Source: Chiloscyllium plagiosum
Lineage: Eukaryota
Direction: 5' to 3'
DNA length: 33,859 nucleotides
Assembly (NCBI RefSeq): GCF_004010195.1
Contig: NC_057756.1
Coordinates: 5,515,216-5,549,074, forward strand
The notes under the pieces are model-generated. The model saw only the letters and a list, made by a program, of their open reading frames with translations, ran no database searches and was not told the origin of the DNA. Position 1 is the stretch's first letter, and each line of letters starts with the position of its first letter. Shown one piece after another: positions 1 to 10,049 of the stretch. Position numbers and translations under genes: made by a program.

Positions 1-142
1 CAGAGTCAGAATCATTGGCAACCTTTAAGCGGCAATTGGATAGGCACATGGATGGGTGCTTAAGCTAGGACAAATGTTCGGCACAACATCGTGGGCCGAA
101 GGGCCTGTTCTGTGCTGTATTGTTCTATGTTCTATGTTCTAA
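1..142 (+). mobile_element. CR1-class LINE 3' end with (GTTCTAT)n tail
   Basis: GGGCCGAAGGGCCTGTTCTGTGCTGTA hairpin region followed by TGTTCTATGTTCTATGTTCTAA; near reverse complement of 2701-2849. Confidence 0.9.
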
Positions 143-595
143 GAGGCCCCACCAATGTCCTGTATGACTTCAACATGACATCTCACCTCCAGGTGGGCCA
201 ACTGTCAGTGCGGTATATTAGGAAACAGTAATCATTGTATCATAGGAATCGGGGTGGGCGGAGAATGACACGTAACAATCCAGAGTAAGAAAAACCAGTC
301 GGTAGAGAGTGTACGTCAATGGAGCTGAGCAGGATTGGTTGCAACAAGAGGTTGGAGAGAAGATCAGTTAACTGAACAATGGGCCATTGTCAATGAGCAG
401 ACAATCGGACGATGTTAAACTTGATTGATTTATTGTCATGTGATACCTAAGTACAGTGAGAAGCTTTGTGTGTGAGCAGTACAGGCAGATTGTGGTGAGC
501 AAGGACGTACATGCCAGGGGGTTAAAAAAATAACAGGCATACAGGTTACATCACACAGGATAAAATCAAGAGTTCCGAAAAGATTTATAAGGATT

Positions 596-690
596 TTTTA
601 AAAAATTCATTCCCAGCATGAGGACAGTCCTGGCCAGGCCAACATTTATTTCCCATCCCTAATTGCCCAGAGGGCAGTTAAGAGTCAACC
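596..690 (-). mobile_element. 3' end of a shark tRNA-derived SINE (same family as 1342-1533)
   Basis: Reverse complement GGTTGACTCTTAACTGCCCTCTGGGCAATTAGGGATGGG...GAATGAAT matches the tail of the 1342-1533 copy (TTAACTGCCTTCTGGGCAAT). Confidence 0.6.
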
Positions 691-700
691 CTTCATCCTA

Positions 701-833
701 TTCCTGATGAAGGGCATTTACCCGAAACGTCGATTTTCCTGCTCCGCAGATGCTGCCTGACCTGCTGTGCTTTTTCAGCACCACTCTGATCTAAACTCTG
801 GTTTCCAGCATCTGCAGTCCTCACTTTTGCCTA
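701..833 (+). mobile_element. Short Penelope-like non-autonomous element (family A) with hammerhead motif at 702-733
   Basis: TC-CTGATGA-A-GGG catttaCCC-GAAACGTC-GA, then GATGCTGCCTGACCTGCTG...CCAGCATCTGCAGTCCTCACTTT; related copies at 21739, 29572, 30575. Confidence 0.75.
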
Positions 834-1115
834 GTTTGGGAACATGGTCAGCGTGAACTAGCTAGACTGAAGGGTCTGTTTCCATGCTGTATAACTCTAT
901 GACCTCCTTTCCAAGGATCTGATCCCACAATGTATCCTTTCTTATTACACTGGACACATATACTGCTGTTGGAAACTGTCCTGAACACAATCCATAAATA
1001 CTTGCCATTGCTGCTCCAGTATTTCAGTCTATGTTTGGGTAATTGACATCCCCCATAATAACTGCTAATGTTGATGTCTCTCTGTAATTCGATATACCCT
1101 TTCCACTTGTCTGTA
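833..1115. mobile_element. CR1 fragments: 3' tail (+, ~833-905) and endonuclease fragment (-, ~930-1115)
   Basis: GACTGAAGGGTCTGTTTCCATGCTGTATAACTCTATGAC tail; minus-strand VIMGDVNYPNID resembles the CR1 APE motif vvmGDFNxPxID. Confidence 0.7.
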
Positions 1116-1341
1116 GAAACAGTAAACAATATAATTGTGCCTTTTTCATTCTATTGTTGATGAAAGATGATGTCAAAACCTTATTGACTGAGGACAGAGG
1201 GGACTTATGAAAGACCCAAAACTGTGGAATTAAATTATACCGGCTGTTACCCAATGGTTTAGACAAAGAAATCAATTCTGGATTCTGTTTGATGTGTTGA
1301 AATCTGTAAAGTGTATTATCTAATGTCAACCCCACTTTAAA

Positions 1342-1533
1342 GGGGAGGCAATGGCCCAGTGATATTAGCACTGGACTATTTATCTGGGGACCCTGGTTCT
1401 ACTCCTGCCATGGCAGATGAAGCAATTCGAATCCAGTAAATATCTGAAATTATGAATCTAACAATGACCAGGAATCCATTATTAACTGCCTTCTGGGCAA
1501 TGACTGCTAACCTAGCCAGTTATGTCCTCACCC
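1342..1533 (+). mobile_element. tRNA-derived SINE, internally deleted
   Basis: A-box-like TGGCCCAGTG, B-box-like GGTTCTACTCC, tail shared with 596-690. Confidence 0.6.
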
Positions 1534-1659
1534 CCTTCAAAATAATCTCCTCTGAATTCAGAAAACTGCAGGATCCGTCCTCCAACATTCTCCAGAGCAG
1601 CTTGAGTGGGTGGATAGGTATGAACCCCTAAGTAGTTGTCTAACCAGGTTAGGTCTCCT

Positions 1660-1860
1660 ATTAGAAATTAGGGAGGATGGAAAAGTAGGCCATTTAGCCC
1701 ATCATGTCTACACTGGCTCATCAATTTAACCTATTGCCAATCTCTTACCTGCAATCTACACATTGTTATGAGTTAAGTAACCATCCAATGTTCTTGTGAA
1801 TGCTTCACTTGAACCTGCACCCACCACATTTCTAGCCAGTGCTTTCCATACACTAACTAC
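1660..1860 (-). mobile_element. Old CR1 3' fragment
   Basis: Minus-strand VVSVWKALARNVVGAGSSEAFTRTLDGYL resembles the CR1 ORF2 C-terminus (VVxxWNxLPxxVVEAxSxxxFKxxLD). Confidence 0.7.
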
Positions 1861-1914
1861 TGGCTTTATCTTATTGCAGGTCAATGATGAAGCAATGAAG
1901 ACATTTGGCCCAAG

Positions 1915-1990
1915 GACAGGCCAGGTGTTAGAATTAGAGGTAGGTGAGCACTTTGGGGATAGTGACCATAATTCGGTGATTTTTACACTT
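1915..1990 (+). mobile_element. CR1 endonuclease fragment
   Basis: GQVLELEVGEHFGDSDHNSVIF contains the APE catalytic SDH motif. Confidence 0.8.
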
Positions 1991-2264
1991 GAGGAACTGC
2001 AGATATCCTGGAGTTGAGATGACTTACCTGCAGCAACCTTCTTCCATTGGCCTGGGTATGATCCAACCAACAGAGAGACCACCTGAACCCCATTTACATC
2101 ATTCTGTTAGTGATCGAGAGCATATTAACCTGAAAGCCCTTGTGAAATTGCAAGAGGCCAGGAAACAGCATGAGGACAATATTGAAAGACAGGGTTTCTG
2201 ACTGAGTTAGCAAGTCACTTAGTTCAGTTAATAAGGCGCAACTTTCCCCTAATTAAACCACTCG

Positions 2265-2475
2265 AATAAAAACAAAACACTGCAGATGCTGGAAATCTGA
2301 AACCGCGTAGACAAGCAGGAGGCTGGAAGAACACAGCAAGCCAGGCAGCATCAGGAGGTGGGGAAGTCAATGTTTCAGGTATTAACCCTTCTTCAGGACT
2401 CTGAAACAAGCAAGAAAACCTGAAACAAGCACCGACAATGCTGGAGAAACTCAGGAGGCTTGGCAGCATCTGTGA
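2265..2475 (-). mobile_element. Nested short Penelope-like elements (family A variants) with hammerhead at 2365-2400 (-)
   Basis: Minus strand AGTC-CTGAAGA-A-GGG ttaata CCT-GAAACATT-GACT; the inner element (~2308-2400) interrupts a related element and is flanked by CTGAAAC repeats. Confidence 0.7.
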
Positions 2476-2477
2476 AT

Positions 2478-2700
2478 AACGTGGAGGTGCCAGTGTTGGA
2501 CTAAGGTCGACAAAGTAAAAAAAAAATCACGTAACACCAGGTTATAGTCCAACAGGTTTATTTGGAAGCTCTAGCTTTCATAGTGCTGCTCCTACATCAG
2601 GTAGCTAATGAATCAGGATCATAGGACAGAGAATTTATAGTAAAAGATCAAAGTGTTATACGAGTATTGAACAAACCTCGACTGCTGTTAAGTCTTTAAC
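2478..2700 (-). mobile_element. Penelope-like terminal repeat (family B) with degenerate hammerhead
   Basis: Reverse complement of the 9030-9330 family (AATAAACCTGTTGGACTATAACCTGGTGTT); core degraded to CTGATGTAGGAGCAGCACTATGAAAGCTA. Confidence 0.75.
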
Positions 2701-3505
2701 TTAGAACATAGAACATAGAACATAGAACAATACAGCACAGAACAGGCCCTTCGGCCCACGATGTTGTGCCAAACATTTGTCCTAGCTTAAGCACCCATCC
2801 ATGTATCTAACCAATTGCCGCTTAAAGGTCGCCAATGATTCTGACTCTGCCACTCCCACAGGCAGTGCATTCCATGCCCCCACCACTCTCTGGGTAAAGA
2901 ACCCACCCCTGACATCTCCCCTATACCTTCCACCCTTCACCTTAAATTTATGTCCCCTTGTAACACTCTGTTGTACCCGGGGAAAAAGTTTCTGACTGTC
3001 TACTCTATCTATTCCTCTGATCATCTTATAAACCTCTATCAAGTCACCCCTCATCCTTCGCCGTTCCAATGAAAAAGGCCTAGCACTCTCAACCTATCCT
3101 CGTACGACCTATTGTCCATTCCAGGCAACATCCTGGTAAATCTTCTCTACACCCTCTCCAAAGCTTTATAGGATTTATGCACATCTAGATAGGAATAATG
3201 TGATCAAGGATAGTCAGCATGGTTTTGTGAAGGGCAAGTCGTGCCTCACAAACCTTATTGAATCCTTTGAAAAGGTGACGAAGGAGGTTGATGAGGGGAA
3301 AGCGGACTTTAGTAAGGCGTTTGATAAGGTTCCCCATGGTAGGCTACTGCAGAAAATAAGGAGATATGGCATTGAGGGTGAGTTGGAGGTTGGGATTAGG
3401 AATTGGCTGGATGGAAGAAGACAGAGGGTAGTAGTTGATCATCTGCAAATTTACTGACCCACCCTTCGACTCCCTCATCCAAGTCATTAATAAAAATAAC
3501 AAACC
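2701..3505 (-). mobile_element. Young CR1 insertion with internal inversion: 3' end (-, 2701-3163), RT segment (+, 3164-3437), RT segment (-, 3439-3505)
   Basis: ORF 2782..3069(-) is the CR1 C-terminus (RRMRGDLIEVYK...FFTQRVVGAWNALP); 3200..3457(+) has SQHGF..KSCLTNL..DFSKAFDKVPH; 3439-3505(-) reads FVIFINDLDEGVEGWVSKFAD. Confidence 0.9.
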
Positions 3506-3622
3506 GATATCCTTATTCTAAATGATGAAAGGCTTAACACCAGTCTAGGTTTGTTCAATACATCCCATGAGCTATATAACACTTTGATCTTTTACTATAA
3601 ATTCTATGTCCTATGAACCTGC
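3506..3622 (+). mobile_element. Penelope-like family B fragment, inverted relative to ~2610-2705
   Basis: GATGAAAGGCTTAACA...AACACTTTGATCTTTTACTATAAATTCT is the reverse complement of ~2615-2705 and matches 9130-9225. Confidence 0.7.
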
Positions 3623-6122
3623 TGTTTTGAAGGTGTAAGGGGCACTGTACCTTTCAGAGAGTGAAAAACTAGCAAGGACTTAGAGAAGCACACAGAGTAC
3701 TGGAAAATTTAAAATGTAGCATTTGGTCAAATAGCTAGAGTAGCTGGTAGCCTGGATACAAAAAAAAACAAATTCAAATTCGGCCAATCAGTTTAAATTA
3801 TGCCCCAAGATACCAAACTCCAATCAAGTTTGAATTTAATGTTTTACCAATATTAAAACCAATGAAACGATCCAATACTTTGGGGTATAAAATCAGGAAT
3901 AATTGAACAGTTGAGGGAGAGCTGTCACGTCACTAATATATACAGATTGCCCAGAGAATAGCTGTTTTGAAAGTACCTTTATCTATCAACGACTTGTGAA
4001 ACAGAACTCGCAAAGGAAAGAAGAAGACAGAGGAAAATACAGAGGACACTCAGCAAGCTGACTGGTTTTGAAACGTGATTATACTTTTATTTGGTAAATC
4101 ATAATAAGGATTTTTTTTATCGGATCAATATTGTAGAGGAGAAGTTAAAAGATGGATTAGAGAAAGGAGTTGCAAATACTTGTTAGTTAATTATTCTCTG
4201 TTAGACTTTAAAAAAGAAAGTTGTTAATTTTTATTTTAAATAGTGACTTTTGGGATAGTTTTTTGCCTCTTGAATTTTCACTGATTGCCGCACCGGTTAA
4301 ATCTTTTCTGTGTTGCGTGTTCAAATTAGAAGGGTTGGGGCGGCGGTGGGGGGGGGGGGGTGGGGNGTTTAGGGGCTTGTCAGGATTTGAACAGTTTGGG
4401 TCTCAGATTCGTGATTTGAACAAGTTTAGGCAGATTTGAATAGATTTGGGGTTCAATAAAGCCCAGCAGATTTAAACATTTGCAGGTTATTGTTCTAGAT
4501 CTTTAAATAAAATTTGGTTGAGACAATTAGTTTAATTTCGGTGACTTGTGGTTGATTAAATTAGAAGGGAGAGAAATGGCTCTTAAAATTGGTTCTGGGG
4601 TTTCAAGATGATCCTCAAATTTGCCAAAAAGGTTTAGGAGGAAAAAAAAAAGGCCATGCTTTTAGAATTAACTAATGAGTTAGATTTGAGTTTAACCAAA
4701 AACAAAAGTAAAGCTGACCTTGTCAGGGAATTACTCAAACACTTTAGGTGTATCAGAGAAACAGACAAGTGCAGTCGAGGTCGTAAAACTTAAATTACAA
4801 TTGAGGAAATGGAGTAAGAAGATAAACAGACAGAGAGAGAGAGAGAGAGAAAAGGTTCTTAGCTGAGCAAAGAGAGAGAGAATTTGAACTTGAGAGTTTG
4901 TGACTTAGTCAGCAAAGTCAAGTTAACAGGATGGAGATTAAAAGAGAAGGTGGTGACATATGTAATTATGTTAAAACTCTGCCACATTTTGATGAGAAAG
5001 ATGTTGAAGCCTTCTTTATTTCATTGGCTAGGCAGATGGAGTGGTCCAAGGATTTATGGGTCATGTTAGTTCAGAGTAAACTGGTAGGCAGAGCTAGTGA
5101 GGTGTTTGTCATGCTGTCAGATAAGGGGGTCAAGAGATTACGAAGAGGTTAAATGGGCTATTTTAAGTGCTTATGAATTGCTACCAGATGCATATAGACA
5201 ATGGTTCAGAAACACAAAGAAGGAACCAGGCAAGACTAATGTTGAGTTCAAAAGAATTAAACATAGTCATTTTGATTGATGGGTGAGTGCTTTAAAAATA
5301 GAGAGTACCTTTGAGGCTTTAAGACAGATTATTCTACTGGTGGAATTTGAAAACTCACTTCCAGAGATGATAAGAATTCAGGTGGAGGAACAGAAAGTTC
5401 TGGCAGTGAGAAGGGCAGCAGGATTAGCAGATGAATACATGTTGGTGCATAAGACAAGCTTCCGGCCAGGATTTCATCCTGTGAGGGATAGAAGTTAGGA
5501 GAAGGAGAGATCCTACACTATGAAACCAAGAGTAGAGAGCACTGGTAAGAATTTACCACAGGATAAAAAAGAAGCCCAAGAGGGTGGAAAGGAGGTGAAA
5601 GGCCTCAGGTGTTTCCACTGTGGTAAAGTAGGACACAGAAAGTCACAGTGCTGGTGGTTAAAGAAAGGCCCTGTGGGAAAAGATGTGGGAAAAGAAGCTG
5701 AGCCAGTGGCATTAGTGAAGGGAGTAAAGGAGACCCCAATGAGAGTCAAGGAGCTGCAGGAGAGTGCACAGCCTAGACAGGGGCTGGGTATGGAGTTAGT
5801 ACCTAATCTCTACAAAGAATTTGTCTCTGTTGGGAAAGTTTCTTCAGAAAGAACAGAGGGAAGAAGGACAAGAAGCTATAATTCTGAGAGATACAGGATC
5901 TAACCAGTCACTGATAGTAAGGGATGAGTGAATCTGCACTGTTTCTGATCTGTTACCTGAGATTGTGGTAGTTTGTGGGATATGTGGGCAGACATTTAGC
6001 GTTCCCCTGTGTAAGATCAGGTTGGAGTGCCAACTCAAGACTGGGCAAATTACAGTGGGAGTGATTGACAGATTGTCAGTTTCAGGAATTCAGTTTGTTC
6101 TTGGGAATGATTAGGCAGGATC
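3623..6122 (+). mobile_element. Gmr1-like Gypsy LTR retrotransposon copy 1 (5' LTR ~3623-4366, PBS ~4370-4386, decayed gag from ATG 4576, protease), cut by gap
   Basis: LTR start TGTT(T)TGAAG; PBS TAGGGGCTTGTCAGGAT similar to tRNA-Pro PBS; gag LPHFDEKDVEAFF...YRQWFRN, IILLVEFENSLP (SCAN-like), CFHCGKVGHRKSQC zinc knuckle, LRDTGS protease at ~5884-5901; stops and frameshifts. Confidence 0.9.
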
Positions 6123-6622
6123 NNNNNNNNNNNNNNNNNNNNNNNNNNNNNNNNNNNNNNNNNNNNNNNNNNNNNNNNNNNNNNNNNNNNNNNNNNNNNN
6201 NNNNNNNNNNNNNNNNNNNNNNNNNNNNNNNNNNNNNNNNNNNNNNNNNNNNNNNNNNNNNNNNNNNNNNNNNNNNNNNNNNNNNNNNNNNNNNNNNNNN
6301 NNNNNNNNNNNNNNNNNNNNNNNNNNNNNNNNNNNNNNNNNNNNNNNNNNNNNNNNNNNNNNNNNNNNNNNNNNNNNNNNNNNNNNNNNNNNNNNNNNNN
6401 NNNNNNNNNNNNNNNNNNNNNNNNNNNNNNNNNNNNNNNNNNNNNNNNNNNNNNNNNNNNNNNNNNNNNNNNNNNNNNNNNNNNNNNNNNNNNNNNNNNN
6501 NNNNNNNNNNNNNNNNNNNNNNNNNNNNNNNNNNNNNNNNNNNNNNNNNNNNNNNNNNNNNNNNNNNNNNNNNNNNNNNNNNNNNNNNNNNNNNNNNNNN
6601 NNNNNNNNNNNNNNNNNNNNNN
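6123..6622. other. Assembly gap (500 N)
   Basis: Run of N. Confidence 1.
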
Positions 6623-7591
6623 ATGTCAGCATCCAATCCTGGCCACCAGGTACAACTTTTCACCAGCATCTTCATCTGGGAAAGCCCTGGATGATCCTGG
6701 TAGAGGTCAGCCAGGATCTGGTGGCGACCTTTACTTGGGATAACCACCCTTGCTCCCCACAGTTATATGCCATCCTCTGCTGTCGCCTGGCCCAGAAAGG
6801 TTTCAATCCTGATTGCCCCATTACCACCAGCTGTTTCAGTTTCATGAGGACAGGATCTTTTTTGTGTCCACAGTCAGATATTGTCCACAGTGATTGGAAG
6901 CTCAAAACCAAAATGGATTGTTCCAGGGGAGGCATCACTAGTGATGGCATTAGTCACTTGGCTTCCTGGATGGTGTTCTAACATGTAGTCAGTGAGAATA
7001 AGGGCCCAATGCTGAATTCTACTGGAAGCTATGGTTGTCTCCATCTTGTCTTCCTTCAGTAGCCTCAGCAGGGTTTTGTGATCTGTTACGATGACCAATT
7101 CCCATCTAGAAAGGGCCAGGTGGAACTACCTTACACCAAAGACAAACGCTATACCTTCCTTCACTATCTGGGAAAACTAGCGTTCGGCATTCACCAAAGC
7201 CCAGGAAGCGTATAGTATTGGGTGTTCCTCTCTCTTGGGCTATCGGTGAGCCAACACTACCCCATTGCATGTCAGCACCATCTCTCGTTTCAGATCATAA
7301 TGACAGCTGCTTTTTCATTTCCCTAAAGGAGACGTGACCATTTCTAAGGCTGACTCTTTTTGCTTTGATAGTGCGTTTTGAGAAGATTTGTCGCTCAAGT
7401 TGAGGTTCTGGATGTAGGCAAACCTACATCTTTTTTTGGATAGCAGGTGAAAGGATGCCAAGGTGGAGGCCAGGTTATTCATGAATTTTTTGTTATAATT
7501 CACACGGAAGGACCTAAGCCCTTGTACAGACATGGGGCCGGGGTTCCTGTGATCACCCTCACTTTATCATCCAATGGGTGGAACCCAGTTT

Positions 7592-8299
7592 TCATAGAAT
7601 CATAGAATTCCTACAATGTGGAAACAGGCCATTTGGCCCAACAAGTCCACACCGACCCTTCGATGAGTAACCCACCCAGATCTATTCCTCTGCTACCCTA
7701 CATTTCCCCTGACTAATGCATCTAACGTACACATCCCTGAACACTATGGGACAATTTCCCATGGCCAATCCATCCTAACCTGCACATCCCTGGACACTAT
7801 GGGACAATTTCCCATGTCCAATCCACCCTAACCTGCACATCCCTGGGCGCTATGGGACAATTTCCCATGGCCAATCCACCCTAACCTGCACATCCCTGGG
7901 CGCTATGAGACAATTTCCCATGGCCAATCCACCCTAACCTACACATCCCTGGGCGCTATGGGACAATTTCCCATGGCCAATCCACCCTAACCTGCACATC
8001 CCTGGGCATTATGGGACAATTTCCCATGGCCAATCCATCCTAACCTGCACATCCCTGGGCGCTATGGGACAATTTCCTATGGCCAACCCACCTTAACCTG
8101 CACATCCTTGGGCGCTGTGGGACAATTTCCTATGGCCAACCCACCCTAACCTGCACATCTTTGGACTGTGGGAGGAAACCCACACAGATACGGGAAGAAT
8201 GTGCAAACTCCACGCAGATAGTCGCCCGAGGCTGGAATCGAACCTGGGTCTCTGGTGCTGTGAGGCAGCAGTGTCAACCACTGAGCCACCATGCCGTCC
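7592..8299 (-). mobile_element. HE1-type (V-SINE) tRNA-derived SINE with CR1-like tail and an internal 53-bp x8 tandem expansion
   Basis: Minus-strand head TGGCTCAGTGG (A box) and GGTTCGATTCC (B box), GGAGTTTGCACATTCTTCCCG core, GATTCTATGA tail; inserted in the Gypsy RT. Confidence 0.9.
7735..8158. repeat. 53-bp tandem repeat, 8 copies, inside SINE
   Basis: Unit CCCTGGGCGCTATGGGACAATTTCCCATGGCCAATCCACCCTAACCTGCACAT counted 8 times. Confidence 0.95.
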
Positions 8300-8492
8300 T
8301 TAAAATTTTCCCATCTCCAGTCTGGGAGAAACGTTTAAACACAATGTCCAAATTCTCCATGCACTCTATATTGGTTTTCCCTGTTATTAGAACGTCATCC
8401 AGATAAATGGTGACCTGGGGTCGCCCTTGTAAAATGTTCTCCATGGTCCACTGGAAAAGGGCACAGGCTGATGATGCCCCAAATGACAGTCT

Positions 8493-8819
8493 TGTATATT
8501 GGTATAAACCCTTCTGGGTGTTAATTGTAGCATATTTCAGGAGCTCCTCATCCCAGTTACAACTGCAGGTAGGTGTGGCTCATGTATATTGGTATAAACC
8601 ATGTATATTGGTATTAACCATGTATATTGGTATGAACCCTTCTGGGTGTTAATTGTAGTATATTTCAGGAGCTCCTCATCCCAGTTACAACTGCAGGTAG
8701 GTGTGACTCATGTATATTAGTATAAACCATGTATATTGGTATGAACCCTCCTGGGTGTTAACTGTAGTATATTTCAGGGACTCCTCATCCCAGTTACAAC
8801 TGCAGGTAGGTGTGACTCA
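8493..8819. repeat. Triplicated 90-bp RT segment with 19-bp partial spacers
   Basis: Copies at 8493-8582, 8621-8710, 8730-8819; TGTATATTGGTATAAACCA-like spacers at 8583-8620 (x2) and 8711-8729. Confidence 0.95.
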
Positions 8820-9029
8820 TGTCCAGCTTTGTGAAGGACAGCTCCCCTGACCAACTTTTACAGACATGTCCTCTCTGTGAGGGATCAGGTATTTACCCAC
8901 CTGTGTGAAGTGGTCAAATGGCCTCCTCCTAGATCTATTTCCTGTGTTTGTATGTTAAACAAAATATGACCTGTGAAGTCAGTTTTTACTCTGGAATCTG
9001 ACTTAAACGTTACTAACATCAACATATTG

Positions 9030-9330
9030 TCTAGCTATCACCATTGTTAACAGCTAACCCGAGAATGCAACTTAAAAAAAAAGGGTTTTGTGATTTACAC
9101 ATGAAAGAAGTGAAACTATCACGGTATTCTAACAGATGAAAGGCTTAACAGACAATCAATTTTTCAATGTATAATTTCAGTTACATCACACTGCAAATTT
9201 TTGCTATAAATTCTGTGTTATGATCGAGCCCTCCACAATCACCTGATGAAGGAGCGTCGCTCCGAAAGCTAGTGCTTCCAAATAAACCTGTTGGACTATA
9301 ACCTGGTGTTGTGTGGTTTTTAACTTTGTT
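9030..9330 (+). mobile_element. Penelope-like terminal repeat (family B)
   Basis: Contains a hammerhead followed by AATAAACCTGTTGGACTATAACCTGGTGTTGTG; other copies at 2478-2700, 3506-3622, 26590-26705. Confidence 0.8.
9240..9274 (+). ncRNA. Minimal type I hammerhead ribozyme motif
   Basis: CAC-CUGAUGA-A-GGAGC guc GCUCC-GAAAGCUA-GUG: 3-bp stem I, 5-bp stem II, palindromic AGCU stem III region, UA cleavage site. Confidence 0.75.
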
Positions 9331-9842
9331 ACTAACATGAGATGTGAGGGATGGTCTTATGGGCTCTGAGGTCATTGAAGTCAAGAGGCAGATGTGTCTC
9401 TTTTTAAAGAATCATGGTTTTGGAAAAAGACAGTTGTATCTCTGCTTAGGTTTATCTCACAGATTTTAATAACGGCTTTGTGCCTGTTGTTAACAGTTTC
9501 CTCAGAGTGGAAGTATTACTGTGGAGTGTTTGAGATCTTTGACTAAGGTCAAACTCAGATAAATGACAGGTAAAAGTAAAACCAGACGAACAGTAGAGGG
9601 GAAATACTTAAAGTGATTAGCCATCCTTTCAAACTGTAAAAAGGATATCCTGAAATTAAAACATCGCAGCAAGAGTTAGTTAATGTTAGAAATGAAAGAT
9701 AAAACTTGACTGAGAGACAGAAAGAAACGCAAAACTGTGAGTTAAGAGAGTACTGCAAACAACAAAAGCTGCAGATCACAGCGGGTCAGACAGCTTCCGT
9801 GGAGAGACAGCAAGCTAACGTTTCAAGTCTAAATGACTCTTC

Positions 9843-10049
9843 GTGCTGCATGCAATTCTGGTCTCCCTTCTATCAGAAGGATGCTGTGAAACTTGAAAGG
9901 GTTCAGAAAAGATTTACAAGGATGTTGCCAGGGTTGGAGGGTTTGAGCGACAGGGAGAACCTGAATGGGCTGAGAGTATTTTCCCTGGAGCTTGAAGGGT
10001 TGAGGAACAACTTTATAGTAGTTTATAAAATTATGAGGTACATGGATAA
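9843..10049 (+). mobile_element. CR1 ORF2 3' part, left half (continues at 20258)
   Basis: CMQFWSPFYQKDAVKLERVQKRFTRMLPGL...VYKIMRYMD; resumes as ATAGGGTGAATAG... at 20258. Confidence 0.9.

Larger units (their letters stand above)
6623..8865 (-). mobile_element. Decayed pol of a second, conventional Gypsy lineage (RT-RNase H-integrase order)
   Basis: Minus strand: FTKLDMSH, TINTQKGLYQYTRLSFGASSACALFQWTMENILQG..IYLDDVLITG (RT, ~8310-8860); IVTDHKTL..RIQHWALIL (RNase H, ~6980-7100); ILADLYQDHPGLSQMKMLVKSCTWWPGLDAD (integrase Zn region, 6623-6747). Confidence 0.88.

Noticed and set aside
1862..1915. Plus-strand splice acceptor TTATTGCAG
   Set aside because: Runs straight into a CR1 fragment and has no supporting plus-strand exon chain
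4335..4366. Poly-G tract at the end of LTR 1 as a G-quadruplex element
   Set aside because: Abuts an N and replaces the expected CGTAACA end; probably a sequencing or assembly artefact
6065..6747. Long ORFs spanning 6123-6622
   Set aside because: Artefacts of translating N runs; the same applies to 25859-26447
8230..8299. tRNA gene
   Set aside because: A and B boxes belong to a SINE head followed by SINE body and CR1 tail; no full cloverleaf
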